A DNA stretch of 35,714 bases, taken from a virus. Position numbers and translations under genes: made by a program. Below, piece by piece: positions 7,774 to 15,860 of the stretch. The stretch lies in the IMG/VR virus record IMGVR_UViG_3300045988_136473. One strand, given 5' to 3'. Under the pieces are notes generated by a model that was given only the letters and a program-made list of their open reading frames with translations, was not told where the DNA came from and did no database searches. The stretch's first letter is position 1; the number at the start of each line of letters is the position of its first letter.

Positions 7774-8808
7774 ATGACAGATTTTGAAAAGATATGTGAT
7801 TTTAACAATCTATACAAAGCATACAAGAAGGCGAAGGCGGGTAAAGGATACCGCAACAGCGCCGCACAGTTTGAAATCAGAGCGCTTGACGGCATACAAC
7901 GATTGAAACTGATGCTTGAAAACAAAGAATATCAAGTTACAAAGTATAACAGTTTTTATGTGTATGAGCCGAAGCAGCGCTTGATTGAAGCGGCATCATT
8001 CAAGGACAAGGTTGTTCAACATTCGCTTTGCGATAATGTGCTTCTGCCAAAACTGCAAGATGTATTCATCAGGAATAATTTTGCAGGGCAGAAGGGCAAA
8101 GGTACATTGTTCGGGCTGAACACCCTGAAAGAGCAGATGCAAGCCTTCTATGATGAACACGGTATGTGCGGATATATTTTGAAGGCAGATGTGACAAAGT
8201 TTTTCTATACGATTGACCACGACATTGTGAAGGGGCTATTGCGCAAATATTTTGATGAACCTGATTTGTTGTGGCTGTGTGATGCGATTATTGACAGCAC
8301 AGAAGGCGCTGGTCTGCCTTTAGGCAACCAGTCAAGTCAGGTGTTTGCTTTAATGTATTTGCACGAATTAGACGGCTTTGTGGCTTCAGAAACAAACATC
8401 AGGTATTACGGCAGGTATATGGATGATTTTTACCTGATACATCAGGACAAAGAATACTTGAAACAATGCCTTCTTCAGATTGAAGAAATCATACACAGTT
8501 TGAATTTAACGCTGAACGGCAAAACGCAAATAATGCCATTCAAGCAAGGTATTAAATTTCTCGGCTTTCACACCTACATCAAAGACGGTAAAGTGCTTTG
8601 CCGTATCAAGAACGAAAACAAGCGAAATGCCTTTCGCAAGTATAAGAAAATGGCGCAGCTTGTTGTTGAAGGCAAGGTTGAATTATCAAAATTTAATGAA
8701 TGTTATCAATCTTGGAAGGCACACGCTGCTTTCGGTGATTGTGAAGGTATTGTGAAAAGCCTTGATGCACAAATAAATCAAATTTTAGGAGTTGAACTAT
8801 ATGTATAA
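7774..8808 (+). CDS. DGR reverse transcriptase
   Basis: 344 aa. YMDD at 8416..8427. LGNQSSQ at 8320..8340, the DGR-type [I/L]GxxxSQ motif. The size and the lack of maturase/endonuclease domains fit DGR RTs. Confidence 0.92.
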   Translation: MTDFEKICDFNNLYKAYKKAKAGKGYRNSAAQFEIRALDGIQRLKLMLENKEYQVTKYNSFYVYEPKQRLIEAASFKDKVVQHSLCDNVLLPKLQDVFIRNNFAGQKGKGTLFGLNTLKEQMQAFYDEHGMCGYILKADVTKFFYTIDHDIVKGLLRKYFDEPDLLWLCDAIIDSTEGAGLPLGNQSSQVFALMYLHELDGFVASETNIRYYGRYMDDFYLIHQDKEYLKQCLLQIEEIIHSLNLTLNGKTQIMPFKQGIKFLGFHTYIKDGKVLCRIKNENKRNAFRKYKKMAQLVVEGKVELSKFNECYQSWKAHAAFGDCEGIVKSLDAQINQILGVELYV

Positions 8809-8923
8809 CAAACACAAGCAGAGAAGCAGAAAGACCTACAAAAAAGGGCTTCATAATTTCAGAAAGTTTATGACGGCAAGACCCGACAAGAAGTATTACC
8901 ACAGAATGGGGGGGCTTTTCTGA
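8801..8923 (+). CDS. Candidate 40-aa highly basic peptide
   Basis: MYNKHKQRSRKTYKKGLHNFRKFMTARPDKKYYHRMGGLF. AGGAG RBS 9 nt upstream. The start overlaps the RT stop (ATGTATAA) and the stop overlaps the next start (TGATG). Below the ORF-track length cut-off. Confidence 0.4.
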   Translation: MYNKHKQRSRKTYKKGLHNFRKFMTARPDKKYYHRMGGLF

Positions 8924-9384
8924 TGAATAGCGAAAAACGAATTGTTGAAATAAACGGTGTGAAAATGGAAGTTGACCTGTCAACCTGCCGCCGCATTGAT
9001 GAATTCAGGGTCGGTGATGCGGTCAAGATTTTGCACAAGGGTAACGATTACCGAAGTGACACAATCTTTGTCGGCACGATTGTTGAATTTGTGAATTTCA
9101 AAGAACTGCCGACAATCAAGATTGCTGTTTTCAAACAGGATTATCACGGCAGCGCCGAAATTGAATTCATTTATTACAACAAAAACACAAGGGAGTATGA
9201 AATCATACCCGCAATGAAGTCTGATTTAACCCTTGAAAAAAGCGCCGTTGTTGACAAATTCAACAACAAAATTGAAGAGAAGAAAAACGAAATTGCCGAA
9301 CTTGCGGCGAAGCGTGACTGGTTCATTGCACATTACGGCAAGTATTTTGCAATTGATGAAGAAATTGAAACGGAGGACAAATAA
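8923..9384 (+). CDS. Hypothetical protein
   Basis: 153-aa ORF, translationally coupled to its neighbours. Confidence 0.55.
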   Translation: MNSEKRIVEINGVKMEVDLSTCRRIDEFRVGDAVKILHKGNDYRSDTIFVGTIVEFVNFKELPTIKIAVFKQDYHGSAEIEFIYYNKNTREYEIIPAMKSDLTLEKSAVVDKFNNKIEEKKNEIAELAAKRDWFIAHYGKYFAIDEEIETEDK

Positions 9385-9833
9385 TGAATGTTGTTGCTAT
9401 TATGGGGCGCTTGACCTATGAACCTGAATTGAGGGTCACACCTTCAAATGTTTCTGTACTGCGCTTTCAGATTGCTGTTGACCGCAGTTATACACCGAAA
9501 AATCAGGAAAGACAGGCAGATTTCATTGATTGTGTTGCATGGCGCAGCACCGCTGAATTCATCAGCAGATATTTCCACAAGGGTCAGATGATTGCCTTGA
9601 CGGGTTCTATTCAGACAGGCAATTACACCGACAAGAACGGCGAACAGCGCAAGGCGGTTGATGTTGTTGTGAATGAAGCATCATTTTGCGGCAGCAAGAG
9701 CGAAAGCAACCCGCAGCTTGCAAGCGCACAGCCCCCGCAATATACGGCAGCGCCGAATTACGCTTCTGCTGATGCAAGCGATTTTGAAGAAATCATTGAT
9801 GATGATGACGATTTGCCATTCGGGAGGGCTTGA
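9384..9833 (+). CDS. ssb: Single-stranded DNA-binding protein
   Basis: OB-fold N-terminus MNVVAIMGRLTYEPELR... and acidic tail DDDDDLPF. Confidence 0.95.
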   Translation: MNVVAIMGRLTYEPELRVTPSNVSVLRFQIAVDRSYTPKNQERQADFIDCVAWRSTAEFISRYFHKGQMIALTGSIQTGNYTDKNGEQRKAVDVVVNEASFCGSKSESNPQLASAQPPQYTAAPNYASADASDFEEIIDDDDDLPFGRA

Positions 9834-9835
9834 TT

Positions 9836-10060
9836 ATGAAGGTAAAGAAAAATCAGCGCACCCGCATTATTGAATATATACGCAGGTTCGGCAGCATCAC
9901 CACATGGGAAGCGTACACCGATTTGGGCGTTGCCTGTTTACCAAAGCGCATCAGCGAACTGATAAAAGAAGGGTACACCTTCAAGAAAGAGCCTGAAAGC
10001 ACAAAAAACAGGTTCGGTGAACCAGTCAATTACATCAGGTATTCGCTGATTGAATGGTGA
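9836..10060 (+). CDS. Winged-helix/HTH DNA-binding protein
   Basis: RIIEYIRRFGSITTWEAYTDLGVACLPKRISELIKEGY. ATG at 9836 lies 9 nt after a GGGAGGG RBS. Confidence 0.5.
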   Translation: MKVKKNQRTRIIEYIRRFGSITTWEAYTDLGVACLPKRISELIKEGYTFKKEPESTKNRFGEPVNYIRYSLIEW

Positions 10061-10066
10061 TGCGGT

Positions 10067-10822
10067 ATGTCAGAAAAGAGATATTACTGGTTAAAGCTGC
10101 ACAAAGATTTTTTCAAGCGGCACGAAATCAGAATAATTGAGAGTATGCCAAACGGCAAGGACTATATTCTTTTTTATCTGAAGTTGCTTGTTGAAAGTGT
10201 AACGCACGAAGGCAACCTGCGCTTTTCTGATGCTATTCCCTACAATGAAGAAATGCTTGCGACAATCACAAACACAAATGTTGATGTTGTGAAGTCGGCA
10301 ATGCAAATTTTCATTGAACTGAAGATGATTGAAGTGCTTGATGACCAAACTGTTTATATGACTGATGTTCAAAATATGATAGGCAGCGAAGCATCAAGCA
10401 CAATCAGAAGCAGAAGGTGCAGGGAAAAACAAAAAGCGTTGCAATGCAACGAAGATGCAACAGCATTGCCACAAAACTGCAACACAGAGTATAGAGATAA
10501 GAGTATAGAGGCAAGAGATAAAGAGAATAGAGAAAAGAATATTGCTGACTTACTGACTAATTACACGCTGTCAAAAGAAACTTTTTCTTTTGCCGATTAT
10601 TCAGAAGACGAAAAAAGAAGGTTATTCGGTGAAACAACCTTGACTGTTGCTGAATATTGCGAATTGTCAAAGTATATCAGGGAATATGCCTTGAATACAT
10701 ATTGCAAAAAGTTGAAGGATTACCCTGATTGTGAAGACCGCTTCAAACTTGTGCTGACTTGGGCTATTAAAGATGACAATATCAAGAAGGCATACAAAGA
10801 AGATTTTGAAGGCAGTATTTGA
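10067..10822 (+). CDS. Phage replisome organizer (N-terminal domain family)
   Basis: YYWLKLHKDFFKRHEIRIIESMPNGKDYILFYLKLLVES...GNL matches the remembered replisome-organizer N-terminal pattern. Confidence 0.7.
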   Translation: MSEKRYYWLKLHKDFFKRHEIRIIESMPNGKDYILFYLKLLVESVTHEGNLRFSDAIPYNEEMLATITNTNVDVVKSAMQIFIELKMIEVLDDQTVYMTDVQNMIGSEASSTIRSRRCREKQKALQCNEDATALPQNCNTEYRDKSIEARDKENREKNIADLLTNYTLSKETFSFADYSEDEKRRLFGETTLTVAEYCELSKYIREYALNTYCKKLKDYPDCEDRFKLVLTWAIKDDNIKKAYKEDFEGSI

Positions 10823-10835
10823 AGGAGTGATGATT

Positions 10836-11165
10836 ATGTCAGGTAAACGAAGCAGAAACAAGGGCAAGGCGGGTGAAAGAGAACTTGCAAAGCTGCTGCG
10901 CAATCTTGGGTTTGATACAAGAAGGGGGCAGCAGTATTGCGGCGCAAACGGTGATGCTGATGTTGTCGGCTTGCCAAACATTCACATTGAATGCAAACGC
11001 AATGAAGGCTTACGCCTGTATGATGCGCTTGCACAGGCAAAGGCTGATGCCCAGCAGGGCGAAATACCTGTTGTGATGCACCGCCGCAACAATTGTGAAT
11101 GGGTTGCTGTCTTGACCCTTGAAGATTTTATCAAGATTTACAAGGAGTCAGATTACTACAAATGA
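10836..11165 (+). CDS. Putative Holliday-junction resolvase / PD-(D/E)xK nuclease
   Basis: KGKAGERELAKLL..GF....DADVVGLPNIHIECK pattern. ATG at 10836 lies 8 nt after a GAAGGAG RBS. Confidence 0.5.
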   Translation: MSGKRSRNKGKAGERELAKLLRNLGFDTRRGQQYCGANGDADVVGLPNIHIECKRNEGLRLYDALAQAKADAQQGEIPVVMHRRNNCEWVAVLTLEDFIKIYKESDYYK

Positions 11166-11827
11166 ACATATTAGTAGCGTGTGAAGAAAGCCAAAGGGTA
11201 TGTATGGCTTTTAGAAATAAAGGGCATAAGGCATTCAGTTGTGATGTGATTGAATGCAGCGGCGGACACCCTGAATGGCATATACAGCAGGATGTAATAC
11301 CGCTGTTAAATGGTAATTGTACTTTTAAAACCTGTGACGGCACAGTACATAAGATTGACAGCAGGTGGGATATGATAATTGCATTTCCGCCGTGTACAAA
11401 AACAAGCAATGCGGGAGCAAGGCATTTGTGGAAAGGTCATAAATTGAATTTACAAAGATATTATGAAGGACTTTGCGGTAAAGCATTGTTTATGACAATT
11501 TATAATGCCGATTGCGATAAAGTTGTGATTGAAAATCCAACACCGAGTAAGATTTTTGAGTATCCAGACCCAACGCAGAAAATACAGCCTTATCAATTTG
11601 GACATCCTTTTACAAAGTTAACATTGCTTTGGGAAAAAGGTGTTAAACCGTTAGTGCCAACAAATATTGTTGAAGCAAAAAACACTTGGTGTCCAAGCGG
11701 TTCATATTCAAAAAAACACGGTGAACAGCACAGAGGTATGTTTACAAAAAATCGTGCAAGAAACAGAAGCAAAACCTTTCCAGGCATAGCCCAAGCAATG
11801 GCAGAACAGTGGGGTGATGCAGTATAG
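11162..11827 (+). CDS. DNA cytosine-methyltransferase-like protein
   Basis: IIAFPPCT (PC catalytic-loop-like) and VVIENP (ENV-like) motifs. No clear FxGxG motif, so the assignment is tentative. Confidence 0.45.
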   Translation: MNILVACEESQRVCMAFRNKGHKAFSCDVIECSGGHPEWHIQQDVIPLLNGNCTFKTCDGTVHKIDSRWDMIIAFPPCTKTSNAGARHLWKGHKLNLQRYYEGLCGKALFMTIYNADCDKVVIENPTPSKIFEYPDPTQKIQPYQFGHPFTKLTLLWEKGVKPLVPTNIVEAKNTWCPSGSYSKKHGEQHRGMFTKNRARNRSKTFPGIAQAMAEQWGDAV

Positions 11828-11976
11828 CAAGGTGGGGTGTCGGTTATTTAGGCAGCAAATCAGGTATTGCAGATGACATTGTTGCCTTACTGCCTCCAGC
11901 AACAAGATTATATGACCTTTTCGGCGGCGGCGGTGCAATCACACATTGCGCTGCCCTGTCGCAGAAGTACGGTAAA

Positions 11977-12753
11977 GTGATTTATAACGATATAGGCGAT
12001 ATTGCAACGCTGTTCAAACAGGCGGTATCAGGCATTGACAAGTACATTGACACATCAGAATTCATTACAAGGCAGATGTTCAATGACCGCAAGTCAGATT
12101 GCCCGTATATCAAATACAATTGGTCTTTCGGCAACAGCGGTGAAGGCTATATGTACGGCGCAGAGTTAGAGAAATGGAAACATTGTCTGCACAATGCAAT
12201 TTTTTTCTTTGATGTTTCAGGCTTCAAAAAGTATTACGGTCTTGAATTGCCTGTATATGAAGACATCAAGAACCGCCGATTGCGGCGGCTTGCATATTCA
12301 GCTTATATCAAGGAGCATAACCTTGAAAGCGAACAAAGGCTGTACGAATTACAGAGCCTTGAAGGGTTAGAACGCATTGAAAGCCTTGAACGGCTGCAAA
12401 ACATTGAACGCTTGCAGCGCCTTGACGGGCTGGAAACCCTTGAAATTCACAATAAAAGTTATGATGAATTTGAAATCACAGAAGGCATCATTTATTGTGA
12501 CATACCGTACAAAGACACGGTGTGCGGGTCATACGGTGGTTTTGACCACAATGCGTTTTATGAATGGGCTGAACATCAGGTTGTGCCTGTTTACATAAGC
12601 GAATATGCAATGCCTGATGACAGGTTCAAAGAGATTGCCGCCTTCAGCAAGCGCCAGCAGTATAACGCAATCGGCAGCGGCGCTGAAGTGAAAGAAAAAA
12701 TCTTTGTGCCGAAACATCAGGAAGTTATCACAAATCAATTATCATTCTTTTAA
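11977..12753 (+). CDS. Dam-type N6-adenine DNA methyltransferase (the conserved N-terminus extends upstream to about 11824 without a canonical start)
   Basis: DIPY (DPPY-like) motif in IIYCDIPYKD. The same frame upstream reads WGVGYLGSKSGIADDIVALLPPATRLYDLFGGGGA (motif I). The GTG at 11977 is the first canonical start. Confidence 0.7.
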   Translation: MIYNDIGDIATLFKQAVSGIDKYIDTSEFITRQMFNDRKSDCPYIKYNWSFGNSGEGYMYGAELEKWKHCLHNAIFFFDVSGFKKYYGLELPVYEDIKNRRLRRLAYSAYIKEHNLESEQRLYELQSLEGLERIESLERLQNIERLQRLDGLETLEIHNKSYDEFEITEGIIYCDIPYKDTVCGSYGGFDHNAFYEWAEHQVVPVYISEYAMPDDRFKEIAAFSKRQQYNAIGSGAEVKEKIFVPKHQEVITNQLSFF

Positions 12754-12763
12754 CGGAGGCTTT

Positions 12764-12913
12764 ATGAACAAAATGAAAGCAGAATATTTTTTCCCGTTGC
12801 TTCTGATTGCGCTTGATGTCGGTGCGGCATCTGTTTACGCTTTCAGCGGCGATATAAAAAAGGCGGTGTACTGGTTTGCCGCCGCAGTATTGAATGTATG
12901 CGTGACTTTTTAA
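12764..12913 (+). CDS. Small two-TM membrane protein
   Basis: ATG at 12764 after a GGAGG RBS. MNKMKAEYFFPLLLIALDVGAASVYAF...VYWFAAAVLNVCVTF. Confidence 0.55.
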   Translation: MNKMKAEYFFPLLLIALDVGAASVYAFSGDIKKAVYWFAAAVLNVCVTF

Positions 12914-12923
12914 GGAGGTTGTT

Positions 12924-13337
12924 ATGTCAGAGAAAAGAAAAGTCATCAGAGTATATGACAAAGTTGATAGCGATGCTGATGAATTTAACAAAAAAATCAA
13001 AGAAGCCGAAGATGACGGCTGGCAGGTGACTGGTATGGAATACAGCGTTTCAGAAGGTAAAGCTGATTGCTTTATTGCATATCTTGAAAAGCGTGAAGAA
13101 AAAACGGTTGCACAGCCACCTGAACCGCACATCACAGATTTGCCCTTCAGGGCGGTAACAATTCTTGATGCCTTCACAAAGTCATGGTGCATTGATGAAG
13201 CGGCATCAAAAATTGAAGGTGACTTGTTATTCAGATGTCACTGCTGCCCGTTTAATGATGAAGGCTATTGTGATGTCAAGCGCTTCAAAAACTATTATGC
13301 GCCGGGGTTTGAAAATTTCGGTGCTATGAGCCGATAA
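12924..13337 (+). CDS. Hypothetical protein (Cys-rich C-terminus)
   Basis: 137-aa ORF with a GGAGG RBS. Confidence 0.55.
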   Translation: MSEKRKVIRVYDKVDSDADEFNKKIKEAEDDGWQVTGMEYSVSEGKADCFIAYLEKREEKTVAQPPEPHITDLPFRAVTILDAFTKSWCIDEAASKIEGDLLFRCHCCPFNDEGYCDVKRFKNYYAPGFENFGAMSR

Positions 13338-13419
13338 CGGGCGCAGTTATGAAGTGGTACAAATTTACAGCAATTCTGATGATTGCATTATTTATTATTT
13401 TGATAGGGAGTTAAACAGT

Positions 13420-13833
13420 ATGTGTTTAGGTTTAGCATCAGGCTATAAAAAAGACAAGAAGAAGGATACCGATTACGGCAGGGTGCCTGACACCTGCCCC
13501 TTCATCGAAGGTATCAGAGAATGCAAAGAAGCGCTTTGTTACCATAACATTTTGGGCGGGTGCTTCAAGAAGGGCAGCGGGTACAACCCGCACGGCGAAC
13601 ACAAGGGGTTCACGAATTATGAACACCTGAAACTGATGAAGGTTGATGTGTTTGCGAAGCAGATGGCAACCTTTGAATGCAATGCAATCTTTCAATTCTG
13701 CAAATTCAATGATTTGAAGATTAAAGACTTTGACCCGCAGGAAATCATTGCTGAAAGAGCAGAGCAATGGCAAAAGTTTCTTGAAGAAGAATACAAATCT
13801 GAAGCAGAAAGCAAAGGTGGTGAAGCGAAATGA
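13420..13833 (+). CDS. Hypothetical protein
   Basis: ATG at 13420 lies 9 nt after a GGGAG RBS. The ORF is open from 13354. Confidence 0.5.
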   Translation: MCLGLASGYKKDKKKDTDYGRVPDTCPFIEGIRECKEALCYHNILGGCFKKGSGYNPHGEHKGFTNYEHLKLMKVDVFAKQMATFECNAIFQFCKFNDLKIKDFDPQEIIAERAEQWQKFLEEEYKSEAESKGGEAK

Positions 13834-14228
13834 AAAGCATTGATGAAATGACAACAGAATTGAATTTGATTAAAAATCTGATGCGGTCAGAAATTCACAG
13901 TTTTTGCGGACATTCGGCTGAAAGCCTGATTGAAACAGTTGACTATGCGCTGGCAATGATAGGCGACAACACGGTTCATCAAATCAAATTGCAAAGCCCG
14001 CATATTGATGCTGTTTATTCAGGCAAGAAAACCTTTGAAATCAGAAAAAATGACAGGGGTTACAAGGTCGGTGATATGATTGAATTTATACCGTATGACA
14101 AAGTCCTTGACAAGCCCTTCAGACACCCGATTATTGAAAAGCGTTACCGCATTGAATACATAATCTATGAAGGCTGGGGGCTTGAAAAAGGCACTTGTGT
14201 CTTCTCAATCAAGGAGGTTGATGTGTGA
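13830..14228 (+). CDS. ASCH/DUF3850-like domain protein
   Basis: HQIKLQSPHIDAVYSGKKTFEIRKNDRGYKVGDMIEF matches the remembered DUF3850 (ASCH-like) core KtfEiRkNDR..vGD. Confidence 0.6.
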   Translation: MKSIDEMTTELNLIKNLMRSEIHSFCGHSAESLIETVDYALAMIGDNTVHQIKLQSPHIDAVYSGKKTFEIRKNDRGYKVGDMIEFIPYDKVLDKPFRHPIIEKRYRIEYIIYEGWGLEKGTCVFSIKEVDV

Positions 14229-14231
14229 TGT

Positions 14232-14672
14232 GTGATTTTTGTGAAGGCAAATTCGTACACGCTGATGAAGAAGGTGGTGATGACGGTGCCTGAAATGACA
14301 ATGCAGCGCCTTGATAATTATTACATCTTGCTGAAGCAAAAGGAATTTTTTGAAATCAAATACATACCTTCTTCAATCAGCGGGGTTGATACATCAAGAC
14401 CTGCGATACAAAGCAACACAATCAGCAATGTTGTTGAAAATCAGGTAATGCAGCGCCTTGATATTGACCCGAACATCAAAGCTGAATATCACAGAGTGTG
14501 TGAAGAACTGAAAGCCCTGAATGCCTTTATATTTGCTATTGAAGACGAAACAATCAGGGCAATTGCAATCAGGCGCTTTGTGTATCATCAGAATTATAAG
14601 AAAATCGGGCAGGTATTGAACTACACAAGGGAGTCGGTTTACAGAATGATTGTAGGGTATGTTGAAAGATGA
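14232..14672 (+). CDS. Putative late-gene transcriptional regulator (ArpU/RinA/sigma-70 region-4-like)
   Basis: C-terminal HTH IRRFVYHQNYKKIGQVLNYTRESVYRMIVGYV. It is the last gene before the packaging module. Start uncertain. Confidence 0.5.
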   Translation: MIFVKANSYTLMKKVVMTVPEMTMQRLDNYYILLKQKEFFEIKYIPSSISGVDTSRPAIQSNTISNVVENQVMQRLDIDPNIKAEYHRVCEELKALNAFIFAIEDETIRAIAIRRFVYHQNYKKIGQVLNYTRESVYRMIVGYVER

Positions 14673-14704
14673 AACAAATGTCACATTTGGATACACTTTA
14701 CGCA

Positions 14705-14733
14705 TTGAAACCCCCTAAAATATCAAATATAAT
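14705..14733 (+). promoter_or_regulatory. Consensus-like promoter of the late leader
   Basis: TTGAAA (14705..14710), 17-nt spacer, TATAAT (14728..14733). Confidence 0.6.
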
Positions 14734-14740
14734 ATAATAG

Positions 14741-14907
14741 GCATAATGCAAAATGCGCAAAGCCGCAAGGCTTGTTTCCGTTGCGCATTCGTACAGGTAG
14801 CCATTATGCTCCTCCTTTCAAATAGCGCTTGCGTATGCTTCTGACGGTGTACGCAGGTGCATTGAAGGAAAACACAGGCGCTCCGCATCAGGGGCGCTTT
14901 TTGTTTT
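14741..14907 (+). ncRNA. Candidate structured leader/small RNA (~167 nt)
   Basis: Nested helices 14741..14748/14802..14809, 14752..14760/14781..14789 and 14761..14764/14769..14772 (GCAA loop). A further hairpin at 14830..14855, then a terminator. Confidence 0.45.
14878..14907 (+). terminator. Rho-independent terminator upstream of the late operon
   Basis: Stem gcgctcc / ggggcgc (one G-U pair), loop gcatca, then TTTTTGTTTT. Confidence 0.7.
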
Positions 14908-15005
14908 GAACTTTATGAACGGCTGGGTGTGTGTAATGCTCCGCTATGGTAATAACTGCGCTATCGGCTTGACGGGCGAATTGCTTTTTTTGGAGGGACT
15001 ATCTG

Positions 15006-15350
15006 ATGAAGGTTGACATTTTAGGCACGAAGTATGAAATCCTGAAGGGGTCGGTGAAGAAATTCCCGCATCTGAAAGATTGTGACGGGTACATCGACAC
15101 ATCAATCAAGCGCATTGTTGTTCTTGATATGCAGACATTTGAAAAAGATGAAAGCCGCCTTGCTGACCTTGACTATTATGCAAAGAAGGTCAAAAGGCAC
15201 GAAATCACACACGCATTTATGTATGAAAGCGGCTTGTCTGTCAGTTCGGCTGATACTGAACAATGGGCAACAAACGAAGAAATGATTGACTGGTTTGCTA
15301 TTCAGGCACCGAAAATGTATAAAGCCTTCAAAGATGCCGATTGCATATAG
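15006..15350 (+). CDS. Putative zinc metallopeptidase-like protein (HExxH)
   Basis: 114 aa with HEITH in KRHEITHAFMYESG. GGAGGG RBS. Confidence 0.45.
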   Translation: MKVDILGTKYEILKGSVKKFPHLKDCDGYIDTSIKRIVVLDMQTFEKDESRLADLDYYAKKVKRHEITHAFMYESGLSVSSADTEQWATNEEMIDWFAIQAPKMYKAFKDADCI

Positions 15351-15367
15351 AAGGGTGGTGTTGCGCA

Positions 15368-15847
15368 ATGGCATTGACAGAGAAGCAGAAAGCGTTTTGC
15401 AATGAATACCTGATTGACCTGAACGCAACACAGGCTGCTATCAGGGCGGGTTATTCTGAAAAGACTGCCTATTGCATAGGACACGAAAACCTGAAGAAAC
15501 CCGAAATTCAAGAATATATGCAAGAATTGATGAACGCAAGGCAATCTGAAAAGGTTGCATCACAGCAAGAAGTGCTTGAAACGCTGACAGCTGTTTTGCG
15601 CCGTGAAGTCAAAGAACAGGTGGTTGCATCTGAACGGCACCGCAAGTCATATTTTGACGAAGACGGCAGAAAAGTCACAGCAGATGATGAATTGCCCTGC
15701 ATTGTTGAAACAGACACAAGGGTTTCTGATGTGAACAAAGCTGCTGAATTGCTGGGCAAGCGTTACGGTTTATTCAGCGATAAAGTGAACATTGAAGGCA
15801 GCGCAAAGGTAGTGATTGTTGATGACCTTGAAGACGAAGAAGTCTGA
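15368..15847 (+). CDS. terS: Terminase small subunit (P27/Terminase_2-like)
   Basis: MALTEKQKAFCNEYLIDLNATQAAIRAGYSEKTA... is the typical N-terminal HTH of this family. Confidence 0.88.
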   Translation: MALTEKQKAFCNEYLIDLNATQAAIRAGYSEKTAYCIGHENLKKPEIQEYMQELMNARQSEKVASQQEVLETLTAVLRREVKEQVVASERHRKSYFDEDGRKVTADDELPCIVETDTRVSDVNKAAELLGKRYGLFSDKVNIEGSAKVVIVDDLEDEEV

Positions 15848-15860
15848 TGCGGTTTTCAAG

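Larger units (their letters stand above)
6581..8808 (+). mobile_element. Diversity-generating retroelement (variable protein-VR, avd, TR, RT)
   Basis: Canonical gene order, plus a 73-nt TR/VR pair exactly 520 nt apart that differs almost only at TR adenines. Confidence 0.9.

Noticed and set aside
7774-8808. The RT could be a retron or group II intron reverse transcriptase
   Set aside because: There are no maturase/endonuclease domains and no intron-like RNA structure or msr/msd-type inverted repeats. The adjacent Avd gene, the adenine-specific TR/VR pair and the LGNQSSQ motif fit a DGR instead.
12728-13192. Minus-strand ORFs inside plus-strand genes (12728..13192, 13438..13854, 4816..5223, 24893..25282, 27350..27712, 5633..6004, 8693..8983, 10667..10981 and others)
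   Set aside because: They are antisense to well-supported co-directional genes and lack RBS and family signatures. Their composition is typical of shadow ORFs.
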